Assembly: GCA_040285855.1 (NCBI GenBank)
Contig: JAUFOQ010000016.1
Location: 1,054,001-1,118,000, forward strand
From: Eukaryota sp. GEM-RC1
Taxonomy: Eukaryota
Direction: 5' to 3'
Length of the DNA: 64,000 bases
The position numbers were made by a program, and so were the translations under genes. Below are positions 1 to 11,854 of this stretch, piece after piece; the stretch's first letter is position 1, and every line of letters starts with the position of its first letter. The notes under the pieces were generated by a model, which saw only the letters and a program-made list of their open reading frames with translations, did no database searches and was not told the DNA's origin.

Positions 1-554
1 TGTAAGTCATGGCCAAAAGGTTTTTCAACAACTAGTGAGTTTTTTCCTTGAGTTGATCTGCAATGACGATGGGAAAGATTAGCTACGGTCTGGAAGAGTT
101 CCGGAGGAATTGACAAGTAGAAAACACGATTGCAGTGAACTTTAGAATCAACGAAAGGTTGTTCAATATGATGAAGAAGTTGGCAGAGTTGTTCAAAATC
201 GGCTGGATTGTTGTAGTCACCACAAAAGTATGTACACTTTTTAGGAACTCAGTCAAATAATCAAAACATTCTGAAATTTCTTCATGATGGAAATGGTAAT
301 CTTTACAAGAAACTTCGAGATTCTGAGCGATTGTTTCACGAAAACTTTCGTCAGTAAGTTTTGATCGACCAAAGCCTATAACGGTGAAGCCTGTAAGAGG
401 TTCGAGACACCCTTTGTGGTAAAGAGAGAAAAAAAGAAGGTATAATTTTTGTACGAGCCAGATTTCCAGATGCTCCAAAGATGACCAAAGCAAAGTGTCC
501 TCGTGATTCGATAGATCTGAATAGTGAAGATTCAGAATCGCTACGAGTTCTCAT
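1..554 (-). CDS. G6PD: Glucose-6-phosphate dehydrogenase, N-terminal part (runs off window edge)
   Basis: Motifs LVIFGASGNLARTKIIP, VIGFGRS, NRVFYLSIPP and VVEKPFGHDL are assembled across two compensating single-base frame breaks at homopolymers (A7 at 429-435, T5 at 238-242). Confidence 0.93.
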
Positions 555-878
555 TCAACAAGAAAAGTCACTGAAATCACTGTAGATAGTCAAAGTAAAA
601 CAGTTCCCCCATCAAACCGAAAGAGAACACAAAAGCTGACTGTTCGACGAAAACTGGTTTTGTGTGCTTGATAGGTTCACTTTTGCGCCACTGTATTTGA
701 TTTTCTAATTAAAAAAATATATTAGTTTTGGTCATTTGTTTGATAAGAAATAGAAATTAAATGCATTTTGACAACCACTACTAGTAGTAGTTGTCACAGA
801 CAAATGCACAATGCGACTGGTGGTTAAAAACAAAGCACTATACAAATGAATAACATCAGCCAACAGTCACAAAATCAG

Positions 879-1326
879 TCACTCGTCAGAACAAAATGAA
901 GCAATACCTTGACCATAAGAGAATTCTATTTGTCTACCTTCTGGAGATTTAACAATAGCTATATAACCTGTGGGAGGGGGGAAGAGTTTTTGGGCCGATA
1001 ACAAGAATACCGTCTTCTTCAGCCATTTTGGCCTTTTCGTCAACAATTTCCTTGGAGATACATCCAAATCCATAATGAGAAATATCTTTAGGGGCTTGAA
1101 AATGAGGACAGTCCGCTTTTCTATTGGGTAACAATACAAACACGAAGTCGTTTCGTGTTCCATCACCTAACCAGACAACGCGATCACCAAGACCTTCACG
1201 TTGATCAACGATCTTAAGATTACAATATTTGGAGTAGAACTCAATGGATTTATCGATATCATCACAATGAATTGCGATGTGGGTCAAAACAAGTGGTGTA
1301 TGAAAACAAGTCTCACTGGCAGTCAT
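879..1326 (-). CDS. VOC/glyoxalase-family protein, bacterial-like
   Basis: LTHIAIHCDDIDKSIEFY ... SHYGFGC ... PPTGYIAIVKSPEGRQIEFSYGQ. ORFs 949-1326 and 879-1166 join if one base is removed from the G6 run at 976-981. Confidence 0.88.
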
Positions 1327-1373
1327 GAGTGAGAGAGGAAGGGAAGTAAAAATGTCAAGATCCCGGCACTTCC

Positions 1374-2523
1374 ATGGACACCACTTACAGGGACAACATT
1401 GCTTTTAACCTACTGAAGCTAGCTCAGTCTTGTACTCCGCGTTGTGTCGAGGACTTGTATCCGTGTTCATCGTCATTACAGATGATTTATCCAGATGTTA
1501 GTCAGTGCACACCGCTGGATTCCCTGATTTGTGACCAAAGTTTGTCAGAGTTTGATCTTGTTGTTTACAGTAGACTCATTTGTTCCGAAACATGTTGAAG
1601 TTGATGAAACTGATAACGAAGATCAAGAGCCAGACCCACCAAAATCATCATCAACTGGACGGAAACGTTCCACTCGCAATATATCACTCCTTTGCCTCCA
1701 ACTGAGTTCGGAATTACAACGAAAAGATGCCACTGCTGACAATAAGACACGTGATGCCCTTGCACTTGCCACAGGATTTGCCAGGCAGCGAATATGTACC
1801 GTTGTTTCAGTCTACAAAGCAATTGGTCTCATTACCGAGAACAAGTTGCGTAAAGGTGTGTTGGAATGGAATCAACAACAATCAGTTGTTATGCCGCATC
1901 TTCCCAAATACATTGAACACTATCGTGAAACTCGCAAGCTACTTCACTATGTAAAGAACAAAGAAATTGATTTAATCCGGAAAATGATAACATATAGTCG
2001 TTTAATAAGGAAGTCTAAAGATGAGACAGTGGTGCATCCAATCCCAGCACTTTCTGGCCAACGTTCTTTCCCCCAGGAAACCCCTTTAAATTTCACTCCA
2101 TCTCAAAATTCCCTATTTGCTGCTCCAGATTTGATAAGTGAAACACAAACTGAATGCTCAGCCACAGATCAAGATAGTCAATCTTCAACCAATCCCACAC
2201 CACCAGAGGTTCTTAAAAAGGCAAAGACAACAAATGAGACGGAATCTTTTGTTCCTCAGGTATTTGTGAGTGAGACACCTAAACTTGGTGTCTTTGCGAA
2301 GTCAAAGTTTTATCAAAAACACATGAAAGTGCTTGTCAATCCATCTCAGTTCAATGCGTCTTCTACATTGATATCTAATGTTCTAATGACAGCGTTACCT
2401 TCTTTGATGGAAGAAAGTTCTACAACTCTTTGTTATTCGGACGGACAGCCATGTAAATTAAAGCTTTTGGCGGAACAGCAAGAGATTACCCAGTCGTATA
2501 ATCGTAAACAGGTTTTCAATTGA
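1374..2523 (+). CDS. E2F/DP-like winged-helix transcription factor (divergent), one intron
   Basis: RNISLLCLQL...ARQRICTVVSVYKAIGLITE...VLEWN resembles the E2F/DP DNA-binding domain. An intron starting GTTTGT at 1540 and ending at 1570 or 1573 (NAGNAG) joins the two ORFs in frame. Confidence 0.65.
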
Positions 2524-2914
2524 CGTTTGTTCTGTTTCTTTGATTATTATTTGATTTCTCTATTTTTTGGTTGTTTAATTCTATTTTTCATTAATATTGG
2601 ATGGCTCCAATTTAACTGGGAAAGTCTGTGTGTGGAACAGTATTTTCTATTTAATATGTTACATTAAGTCTTGTAACCACAGTTGATTAAGAAGGAAATG
2701 TCCTTTAACATTAAAGATGTAATTTATTTGAACAGACTAATGATGTCTTCGATTAGCTTTTCAGTCACTTTGAACATCCAGGTTCTATATTATACTTGGT
2801 CCAATTGGTTGTGTTTTAAAGAACTCCGGATATTCAGTATTTAACACGTTCATTGCCACTAAACTCAAAGGAAATATCTTTTAAACATCACTGGTTACCG
2901 TGAAATCTCATTTT

Positions 2915-3160
2915 CTTTGTTTTCTTAAGGATGGTGAAGAACTGTGTAAAGAAATTCTAAGTTTAGAATGTCTGAATGAAAACCGCGTTGTGTTTTACAT
3001 TTATCGGAATATGTCTTTCTACTTCTCTCGATTAGTTGAGAAATTGTACAAGTTTGGTGTGAAGGTTCATGTTGAAAAACGGCTATTTTTACCGGATAGG
3101 GTTGAAGTCGTTTGGATTTAGTCTCAGTCCTAGTGTTATTTGTTTGAAATAAATAGTACT
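2915..3160 (+). mobile_element. 3' tip of RLE non-LTR retrotransposon (same subfamily as 13340-17048)
   Basis: NRVVFYIYRNMSFYFSRLVEKLYKFGVKVHVEKR matches the C-terminus of ORF 13366-13788. Confidence 0.9.
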
Positions 3161-3903
3161 AAGGCTAAATGTTTCATTTTCTGAATTACTGTAGTCTGTG
3201 TAAATTAATTGTTGTAAATACACTGTTTTTCTAAGACTGAATCCAATACTTGTTTTGTTTTTACAAATTCATAATTTTGTTGGAATGTCACCTACAGTAA
3301 AAGAGAACAAAACAATCGTGATTTACATCAGGAAATATTAGTATCGGAAACTAAAGATAAAAATAGGTCTAAGCACAAGATACGTCAAGCACTGCTCCGT
3401 GATGTTGGATGTAACCCCATTATAAACATTGCAGAATTGCAGGAATTCATTTCCGTTTTAAAACTCTCTGGGAATGAGTATCCATTATTAGGTCCTGATC
3501 ATACCATCTGACTTCATCCATCATGCTGACGGTTGGCAACTCTTGAGAAAAATTTTGAAAATAGAAGAAACAATACCACATCATCAACTCCACCACAGTG
3601 CTTGAATGGTTTGTTAGTGATCGAAACAATCAAATTGGGCATCGATCGGAATAGTTCAAAAATAATGCTGATTTTGCGTACTGTACAATGTACAAACCAA
3701 ATTTGAAACAATCAAAGACAGAGATACCACTTCATTCCTCCCACAATGGCAACTGTGATTGAGTCTGGACACAGTGTAACACAAGTTCATTTTCAATTTT
3801 CTATAACATTAGAAGGACTTACAACATCGAAGTTGGAAGAGACGTGTTAAGAAATACTAAAACACTCTGCTCTGGGAAATTTGTTGGAAATCTTAATCTT
3901 GAA

Positions 3904-4584
3904 ATGGCTCTTGCAGTGAAACGGATAGCAGCAGATTTAAGAGATCTACAGAGACTCGAAGGGAAAACAATACTCGTACATCCTGGTTCTGATGTATATC
4001 GCTGTACCGCTTTAATTGTTGGTCCTTCTTCCACACCCTACGCTTTTGGATTCTTCTACTTCTCTGTTAAGTTCCCGGCAGATTACCCATTCAATCCACC
4101 GAAAATGATTTCCTTGACAAATGATTCTAATAGAGTCCGCTTTAATCCCAACCTTTATGCCGATGGCAAGATATGCCTTTCAATTCTAGGTACCTGGAGT
4201 GGACCTTCCTGGGTGGCTACAATGACACTTAAATCGGTTCTTCTCTCAATCCAGGGTCTAATCCTTACCAATACTCCACTTCACAATGAACCGGGATGGG
4301 AATCGGAAACTGACTGCAACAAACTTCAAGGGTACAACAATATGCTCCTTCATGAGACCCTCAGGGTTGCAGTATGCGACACTGTTGAGAACCCTCCCCC
4401 AGAGTTTGCAGATGAAATCCGATCACAGTTCGCACAACATTTTGATGAATATGTTAGTGCAGCCAGTAGTCATACTCATTTGAACGGGAGCAGATTTCAG
4501 GATCCATATAGATCTTCATCAGGGGTGTTTGATTTTGACAGTATTCTAAGACGACTTGATCAATTGAAGGAACGATTCTGTTGA
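3904..4584 (+). CDS. UBE2Z: Ubiquitin-conjugating enzyme E2, UBE2Z-like
   Basis: TPYAFGFFYF..FPADYPFNPP, VRFNPNLYADGKICLSILGTWSGPSW, PLHNEPGWE. ATG at 3904. Confidence 0.85.
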   Translation: MALAVKRIAADLRDLQRLEGKTILVHPGSDVYRCTALIVGPSSTPYAFGFFYFSVKFPADYPFNPPKMISLTNDSNRVRFNPNLYADGKICLSILGTWSGPSWVATMTLKSVLLSIQGLILTNTPLHNEPGWESETDCNKLQGYNNMLLHETLRVAVCDTVENPPPEFADEIRSQFAQHFDEYVSAASSHTHLNGSRFQDPYRSSSGVFDFDSILRRLDQLKERFC

Positions 4585-4721
4585 TATCATTTATTTGTTC
4601 ACATTGTATAAACATATATATCTCATTTGATAATTAATACATGGATTGTATCTAGAGGGCAAAATGTAGCAACAAATTTAAAATTTGTTTGCAATAATTT
4701 AAGTCGTCAAAAAATTCGGCT

Positions 4722-5294
4722 TTAGCGCTGAAACTGAACAGAATAACCCCCAGAATTAGGGTCTTTCTCAAGCTGAAAATTGTCTAACGACATTCCAAAC
4801 TTGCCAAGTAAACTGTTTCCCATAGTCTTAAGTTGTGAGAGGACTTCTTCCTTCTGACGAGCTTCCTGTTCTTCAGCTTGTGAGCGATACTTCTGTATGG
4901 TGGATTCGATAGTGCTGGATGAATCATGGCAGAGTTGCTGATATTGTTGTAAATCCTCGACGGCCTCTCTAAAACGGTCTAACTGAGCCAAGGCTTGCGA
5001 CCGTCTGAAAAGAGCTTTTCCTTTGAGTGAGTCGTCAGTTAAAATATCTAAAGCAGATGTACAGTGCTGAAGAACAACTTCCCAATTCTCCATTTTTAGG
5101 TGACAAAGAGATAAATTGTTATGTATTTTACCCATTAGGAGAGAAATATCGTCTGGTGTATGTGTGGCTTCGTCAGAAGAAGCATGTAATGTAGAACAAA
5201 GCGCTAAAGCCTCTTCGTAGTGTTGTATAGCTTCATCAATTTGTTGCTGGGAAAAGAAGCTATCTGCTTGTGCTTTAAGTTGAAAGGGGTCCAT
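4722..5294 (-). CDS. TTC1: TPR protein, TTC1-like
   Basis: Three TPR-like helical pairs plus the TTC1-type tail [34 protein letters not shown]. Confidence 0.85.
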   Translation of the reverse strand: MDPFQLKAQADSFFSQQQIDEAIQHYEEALALCSTLHASSDEATHTPDDISLLMGKIHNNLSLCHLKMENWEVVLQHCTSALDILTDDSLKGKALFRRSQALAQLDRFREAVEDLQQYQQLCHDSSSTIESTIQKYRSQAEEQEARQKEEVLSQLKTMGNSLLGKFGMSLDNFQLEKDPNSGGYSVQFQR

Positions 5295-5983
5295 CCAATT
5301 CAGGATTACTGACTGAATTCCATTTAATTCTATTTCAGGTCTTATTGTGTGTCAGTTTTTTCCCAAACAATCGCGTTCCTAAACAATGCTCAGACGGAAA
5401 CCAGATTGAGAGTAATGTCACATCCATCTAAAAAATGATTTGGTCCAATCATTTGATTGTTTGCACTTTTAATTACTGCTGTAATAAATTTCAACTTGAT
5501 CAAAATACAACATTAATTCACAAAAAAGAACCCGAGTCACTATAGTGTGTTTTTAAGACCGATTGAATTAACCAAAGTATGGGTGATAAATGCTAGTCGG
5601 TGAACTTGTTCAGTTCATTGATGAGCCAGTGAACATTCCTAGTAAAACATATGCTTTGTAGAAGTACATTGACAGACCACAGATAACTAAATACGGCATT
5701 TCGAACTAAAGTGTAAGTCTTAAATGATTAACCCCATTAACTGCTAGACAATCAGTTTTTGTGAAACACTATTGTACAGATAAACGATTTTTCAAATTAG
5801 TTGAGAAATGAACAGCAGAGACTTGAGATTGGTAAAGAGATCAAAACTTGAACATCTACAGATAGATCCCAGGAATTTTATAAATTCAAACGATTATTTC
5901 TATGTATTTTGACAAAGCATATAAGAATTGGTCAATAGGAAACCAATGAAGAGAGACTAGGAAGAACGGAAAGAGGTTTAGCT

Positions 5984-6484
5984 TTAAAAAAGAACAAACT
6001 TTTTTCTTTGAGTGAGGTTCTTGAGCATCGACTGCAAGAACGTTAAAATGAACGGTCTTTGAAATCGGACTAGAATGAGTATAAAAAGAGAGAGACATAC
6101 CGGCATTCGCCAAAAGTAACGATGTCGCCGTCTTTCACTTTGAAAGCTGGGCTTAAATGGACAGCGATGTTGGAATGTCTCTTTTCATAACGCTTGTACT
6201 TAGGGACCCAATGGAGATAATCACGTCGGATGACAATGGTTCTGTGCATCTTGGTGGTCTTGACAACACCCTTAAGGATGCGACCACGGACGGTGACTAA
6301 ACCAGTCCAAGGGCACTTCTTGTCAATGTATTTACCTTCGATGGCGGATTTGGGAGTAGGGAAACCAAGACCAACATCACAGTACCATCTGGCCTTTCCG
6401 CTGAATTTCTTGCCCTTGACACCAGACTTTTTGGAAGCCAGGGATATGTGGTTGTTTCAAATAGGCACGTTCTGTCTGTTCCAT
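5984..6484 (-). CDS. RPS11: 40S ribosomal protein S11 (uS17); missed by the ORF track
   Basis: [66 protein letters not shown]. It has a 31-nt intron at 6070-6100 and frame breaks at GGG 6441-6443 and T6 6000-6005. A probable 29-nt 5'-UTR intron lies at 6491-6519. Confidence 0.95.
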
Positions 6485-6811
6485 GTTGATCTAAAGATGA
6501 GAAGCAGAAATTTGCATACTGAAAGAAAAAGAGAGAATTTCGCCCACTTCAACTATTACTGATCAACGTCTCGACTCCTGAAGATGTACAAAGACATTTG
6601 CGACTGGCTTGTTAGCCTATCTGATCTACGTCAAGTCCTAAAGCTTCAATAGCTAAATGACTCTTAGATTGTAAATTCATTTATGTAACACTATCGATAC
6701 TATACATCGCTTAGATTTTAGATATCTTAGAAATAAGATACCGATATTCAAAAAAAAGTAACTGAAGATAATATACAAAATCAAAAAAACACATCAACTT
6801 GTCAATGATTA

Positions 6812-7633
6812 CTATCGAGATTTCTTCTTTTTCTTTTTGCCTAGTTCAGGCAAAACATCAGAATATGCCTTTGGATTATTACTTCCTTCAAATCGAACTC
6901 TTTCCGCTAGCACTTCTAAAAATTGTGCGTATTCATGTTCATCTACTGTTTGAGTCCAAATATCAACAAGTTCAAAAATGACATCATCCAACTCCTCTGG
7001 TGTAATGAAGTCCTTTCCCCCCGAGTCCTTCAACCAATCATCATCACAAAGCTTTTTGATCATGTTTTCTGTGATTGTAGGATATAGAGCTCTTGCAATT
7101 TTTGAATGAACTCTAGCATATTCATCTTTTGACACTGATGTCTTCTTTGGGTCAAGAGTAAATACTTTCTTAAAGTCGCTAATTTTTGACAATACAACAT
7201 TTGAATGACGAAGAGCTTGCCGTTTTCGTCTCACAGAAGGTTTTTCCATTGCAGGGTTATGGTCCATATGGTAGGGTAAGTTCGAACTAGCATCCCTGTT
7301 AATGTTAAAAACATGAGATAAGCTGGGATGGTCTTCTCGAGGTTCATCAATAGATTCCTGTACTTCAGACTCGGAAACGGACTCATCAGCCTTGAGAGTT
7401 TCAGAAGCGATTGCTTTCCCCTGAACAAGAGGTATAGAAGACGACGACTCGTTTTCCTTGTGTTCTATCTCTGAAGAAGTGTCTTCATGATGACAATGTT
7501 CACATGATCCATCACAGAAGCATATATGTGAAGATTCATTATCGTCGTCAGCAGGTAATGGTTTTTTAACGTGGTGTGATACATTTGAGCTAATAATCAA
7601 GTCCGACAGATCAAAAGAGGGAGAGGTGTGCAT
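6812..7633 (-). CDS. Hypothetical protein with EF-hand-like C-terminal domain
   Basis: 273-aa ORF. VSKDEY..VH.KI..AL and DW..DSGGKDFIT...IFELVDIWT resemble degenerate EF-hand pairs. Confidence 0.6.
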   Translation of the reverse strand: MHTSPSFDLSDLIISSNVSHHVKKPLPADDDNESSHICFCDGSCEHCHHEDTSSEIEHKENESSSSIPLVQGKAIASETLKADESVSESEVQESIDEPREDHPSLSHVFNINRDASSNLPYHMDHNPAMEKPSVRRKRQALRHSNVVLSKISDFKKVFTLDPKKTSVSKDEYARVHSKIARALYPTITENMIKKLCDDDWLKDSGGKDFITPEELDDVIFELVDIWTQTVDEHEYAQFLEVLAERVRFEGSNNPKAYSDVLPELGKKKKKKSR

Positions 7634-7757
7634 AAGATAGACTAAAAGTGGTGCAAATGGAATGAAGAAATCACTTCAATTGAGTGATATTGTTTGAATT
7701 GCTCTGCTACCCTACTTAGTGTCCATTCACCACAATTGTTTCTTTTCACCAGAATAC

Positions 7758-8495
7758 ATGGAACCACTCGACTTACACTCACCTGTTGTTCAAAAGCTTT
7801 TCCAAGAACTTCCTTCTGTTTATTTACCTGATCCACATCCCAATTACACTTTCCGTGGCTTGAGAGGAAGATATTCTGGCCACAAAATCCCTGATCCAGA
7901 ACTGTACAGAAATTCTGAAACAGGAGAACTCGACTTTGATTCTTACAGAAGAAAAACAGGCTATGTTACATTTGCAGATATCAAGGTGTCTTCTGCAGAA
8001 CGTGCAAGAAAATCACGCACTCTACTGAAACAACGATGGTCGTCTTCTAGTCAACATAACAAATCTCCAGTAGCAAAAATTCACACATTGCCCCCTCTTG
8101 TTTTATCATCAGACACTGAAGATGAAGTTTCATCAGATGTTGTTGAGACTATATCTACAGTGCCAAACAAACAGTCCCAAGATGTTGTACCCAGTTCTTC
8201 CACCAAAGTCTCGTCTTCGCCTGTAATATTTGATGATGTTGAGAAACGTAATAGTGGGGGGAAACCCGATCCACAGCCCCTTGACACGACGGCTGCCCCT
8301 TCGACGCGTGGAAAGAAACCAGTGGTCAAGAAAAAACCATCTGTAAAAGCTGGGGATAAACGAACATCAGGGACAACTAAAAATGTTACTAAAAAACTAC
8401 CTGCCAAAAAGAAGTCGAAACCTGCAGTTGATAGCAGTAATCTACGAAGAAGTTCACGTATAAGGAAAGCTCCAAAACCCATTTATGTACCATAA
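7758..8495 (+). CDS. Hypothetical protein with basic, low-complexity C-terminus (LRRSSRIRK)
   Basis: Long ORF, first ATG at 7758, no recognisable domain. Confidence 0.6.
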   Translation: MEPLDLHSPVVQKLFQELPSVYLPDPHPNYTFRGLRGRYSGHKIPDPELYRNSETGELDFDSYRRKTGYVTFADIKVSSAERARKSRTLLKQRWSSSSQHNKSPVAKIHTLPPLVLSSDTEDEVSSDVVETISTVPNKQSQDVVPSSSTKVSSSPVIFDDVEKRNSGGKPDPQPLDTTAAPSTRGKKPVVKKKPSVKAGDKRTSGTTKNVTKKLPAKKKSKPAVDSSNLRRSSRIRKAPKPIYVP

Positions 8496-9307
8496 AGGCA
8501 TCTTATTGGCGTGTACTTGATGACGTCATTACTCTTTTTCTCATAGTCACTGATCAGGTTTGTGTATGCTCTTAATTTTTAAACGCATTCTATTCCGTCA
8601 TGAATGACTGTTTTTCCTTCGTGAATTTGTTGTCTTCTTCATTTTAATGTTTAAAATTAGACCAGTTTGGATTTATTCAATTTTTTAATATTTTGTTGTT
8701 CCTATTTGGCTCTCTGGTCACACTTCAGTGTCTTTGTTGCCCTCATAAATGATCCAAACTTCTTAGTAATTTAATTCGCAATTCGTTAACCATTCATATC
8801 GTGTGTTAAATTCTAGTGTATGAATCTATTCTAGTTATTGATGCACTTTTATAAAAATGTTCAGATTTAACAATACTAACAAATGATAATACGTTTCGTA
8901 AAAATGAACTGCTTACATGTTTAAAAGCATTGTTTTGAATGTTGGTGCTTTCTAGATATCGCCTTGTATTTACCGTAACAAATCAAAGAGCTCCTCAACA
9001 TTGACATGAGACGGTTACAATGTGTTGCTCAACACTGCTTTAGAAAGATTTGTTTTTGTTAATACTGGAACAGTACCCTTGAAATAAATGTATTTAACCA
9101 CTTTTCATGTCATCTAGATCCCATGACAACAGATTGTACAATATACTAGTAGATGTATTACTTTTTCTTGACTCGATCGGTCCACAGACCGTGAAATCAT
9201 TACAGTTATTTGGTGACCATGATGGAACTGTTTGAGGCTACAGTGTTTTTTGAAAGAGTAGGTTTCTGCTGACATGTGGATTTAACATATGTAATACGGT
9301 ACATGTA

Positions 9308-9365
9308 CAGTTTACCCTCGATTTGAGGTCTGCGAATAGGGCGGCACTAAATAGAGGGTAAACTT
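9308..9365. mobile_element. 58-bp Tc1/pogo-type mini-MITE
   Basis: TA|CAGTTTACCCTCGATTT ... AAATAGAGGGTAAACTT|TA: 17-bp terminal inverted repeats (TIRs, 2 mismatches) with TA on both sides. Confidence 0.7.
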
Positions 9366-9639
9366 TATGTGTTTGACTGTACAACTTTTACATGTAATTA
9401 GTAGTTGCACATGCATTCAATAAATACATACATGTCGTAAATGTGTTTATTTGAAATGACTTTAAAACGTGTGGCTTTCAGTCTCTTCAATTTGTTCAGC
9501 CTTTATTCGATTAACAATTCTTGTCGAGGAGACTTTAATTGTCACTTGACGGAATCTAATCAAATTTTCCGTAGTACAAAACGTTTCAAAGTATTAAACC
9601 ATTGGATCATTCTTCTAAGGTTGCAATTACTTAGAATCG

Positions 9640-9930
9640 ACCGAAAAGCTTAAAGTATATTTGGCTTCCAACATCATTGATTACTCTGTCAATTTGTAAT
9701 TGTTCCATTTGCTATTTCATATTTTTGTAGTAATTGTCAAATGTCTTATCACTTTTTTTCTTTGGTATTGAATGTGTGTGTCAGTCTCAGAATAGGAGAG
9801 CCAGCTTGTGAATTTGGGAAAAACGTATGATTTGTTCACTGTTTCTATAGGTGTCCAAACTTATTAAGTCATTTATCACTAAGTTTTATAAGAATTGTGG
9901 CGCTGTTGGTCAGGAATTTTCTAGTCAGAA
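9640..9930 (+). mobile_element. Decayed 3' fragment of RLE non-LTR retrotransposon (subfamily also at ~26240-26720 and ~61160-61590)
   Basis: Nucleotide similarity among the three copies (GTTCCATTTGCTAT..., CAGAATAGGAGA..., GAA[T/C]TGTGG..CTGTTG..CAGGAATTTT). Confidence 0.75.
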
Positions 9931-10110
9931 AATTAATGTCCATAATTCTCAATTTACGGTTTTTTATGGAACCAAAAATTAGAATTAATTTACGGGGAAG
10001 CCTTGACTTAGACACACACAAATGAATATTCTCAACCGTCTAACAAGTACAATCTGCCCTCTGAATAGTGACAACCCAGCGGCAGTCACTATAAAGAGGG
10101 TAGACTGTAC

Positions 10111-10597
10111 CAGTGTTCGAGGACACGCGTGAACACGTTTGGACACGGACATGGTGTCTTCTCAAAAACACGCAAAAAAACACGCAAAAAAAACACCGCG
10201 TGTATACGTGTTTTTCTGCAAAAAAAACCTAGAAAACTTCGAAAGAACCCTTTTATTCCCTCAATATTGTTCGACTTGAACGTTTTTCTACATGTTATAT
10301 TACAATAGACTGCAATGCCAACAGAAAGTGGCCAAAGTACTGACATGATGCGTTGTCAAACAAACCTAGAACACCAATTCAACTCAACAGAACCACAGAA
10401 TCCAAGATTCAGTGATGAGATGTTAGATAAAGGCAAGTATTGGCCCAAAACAATGTTTTGATAGTCAAACTCTGTATAGTTGATGAGAAATATGTTTTAG
10501 AAAAAACACCCAAAAGACACATCAAAGACCGTGTGGACACGCGTGTTAACACCGACACGGTGTCTTTTAACAAACATGTGTGAAATTTCGAACGCTG
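10111..10597. mobile_element. hAT-type MITE, 487 bp
   Basis: TIRs CAGTGTTCGA/TCGAACGCTG, perfect 8-bp TSD GACTGTAC, and subterminal ACACG repeats. Confidence 0.9.
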
Positions 10598-10654
10598 GAC
10601 TGTACTGCTATTACAAAAGTATTAGTGTAAGTTGTAAACAACAATGGTATTTAC

Positions 10655-10973
10655 TAGGGTTGTTAAAAGATCAGGTCCAAGACCTGAAAATCACAGGTCA
10701 GGTCACGGTCAAACATTTGGCAGTTTATGTGTGAGTTTCTTGTTTTAAATGATCAAAATTAGATCATCATACACAATTTACTCTTAGTATACACTAATAT
10801 TCAAGGAAATATTAGATTTGACTGTGTTTTTACGGATTTTCGATAGTTAAAGAATAAAGTAAATTGTAGATTTCAGGTCAAAGGTGAGGTCAAGGTCCAC
10901 AGTAACAGGTCACGGGTTAGGTCAAGGTCATCAAATGAATTGACCTGAGATCTGTGACCTTTTAACAACCCTA
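10655..10973. mobile_element. hAT-type MITE, 319 bp
   Basis: Perfect 15-bp TIR TAGGGTTGTTAAAAG, TSD GTATTTAC/ATATTTAC (7/8), and subterminal AGGTCA repeats. Confidence 0.88.
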
Positions 10974-11129
10974 ATATTTACGTCGTTTGTCATGAACAGG
11001 TTTTTTTTAGGATGGTGAAATTTTTTAGGATGTCGTAGAAGACACTGTAATTGGGTCCAAAGCAGAGCAGGGCCTCTCATAGTAAATTTAAATTCTATTT
11101 TCGGTTTAAGTTCTTCTACTAAAGAGATT

Positions 11130-11380
11130 TTAAATTTGTTTGAAAAATTTGCGTTCAGAATTTGACAAAAAATTTTACAGATCGTAATGGAAGAGTAAAT
11201 TTGCTTTTTCGATTTTTAAGTCAATGTATAGATGTGTTGATTTCATTCCGGCCACGTTGTTGGGTGGTAATTTCTCTTTGGAATTCGGTAGTTCGTTTGA
11301 TAGCTGGTTTTAATAGTCTTTATTTATTTGTTGTTTTCTTGTTGTGTGTTTCTCTACGCATATAAATCCGCTTTTTTAAT
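11130..11380 (+). mobile_element. 3' tip and 3' UTR of RLE non-LTR retrotransposon (second copy at ~61645-61890)
   Basis: About 250-bp homology with 61645-61890, which translates to an RLE-type tail (EFGKKFNRSYWKSEFAYSIFRSM). Confidence 0.75.
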
Positions 11381-11649
11381 TCTATTTGTATATATCTACT
11401 TTTGACACCGTTTTGTAGTGTTGCACGAAACGTGTGAAATTTACTCTGAAAACGCGTTTCCGTTTCCGAATTGTAATTTATTAACGATTTTATATCTCTA
11501 CCAACATTCTCGATTCACTGTATGTTTGATTTTTATCAGTTCTCTGTGGTGTGTACATGTGTTATACATGTTGTTATGTTCTACACTACCCATTGCAATG
11601 ACAGTGAGAGAGACAATTGGATCACAAAATAAAGTACACTAAACAATGT

Positions 11650-11775
11650 AATTAGTGTGGATCACACTAATTCTTTCAAAATTTTGAGCATCGAAAATTA
11701 GAATTAGTGTGGTCCATACTAATTGTTAACATAACTAGTTCTACGTCTTTTTAATAAGTGTGGTCCACAGTAAAT
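11650..11775. repeat. Three 23-bp palindromic repeats separated by 29- and 28-bp unique spacers
   Basis: AATTAGTGTGGATCACACTAATT (11650), AATTAGTGTGGTCCATACTAATT (11702), AATAAGTGTGGTCCACAGTAAAT (11753). Confidence 0.8.
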
Positions 11776-11854
11776 TCAGGTATTATAAATTTGTGTAGTT
11801 CAGCAAAAATCAATTTATTGAGCTATAAAACAATATACTCGTCAATATCGTCAT

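Noticed and set aside
3330..3780. Coding-like stretch with stops (similar stretches at ~32280-32660, ~58830-59450 and ~60700-61070)
   Set aside because: Possibly pseudogene debris, but I could not assign a family or a reliable frame.
11650..11775. True CRISPR array
   Set aside because: Only three diverged repeats, no leader or cas genes, and a eukaryotic transposon context. Kept only as an unexplained repeat.
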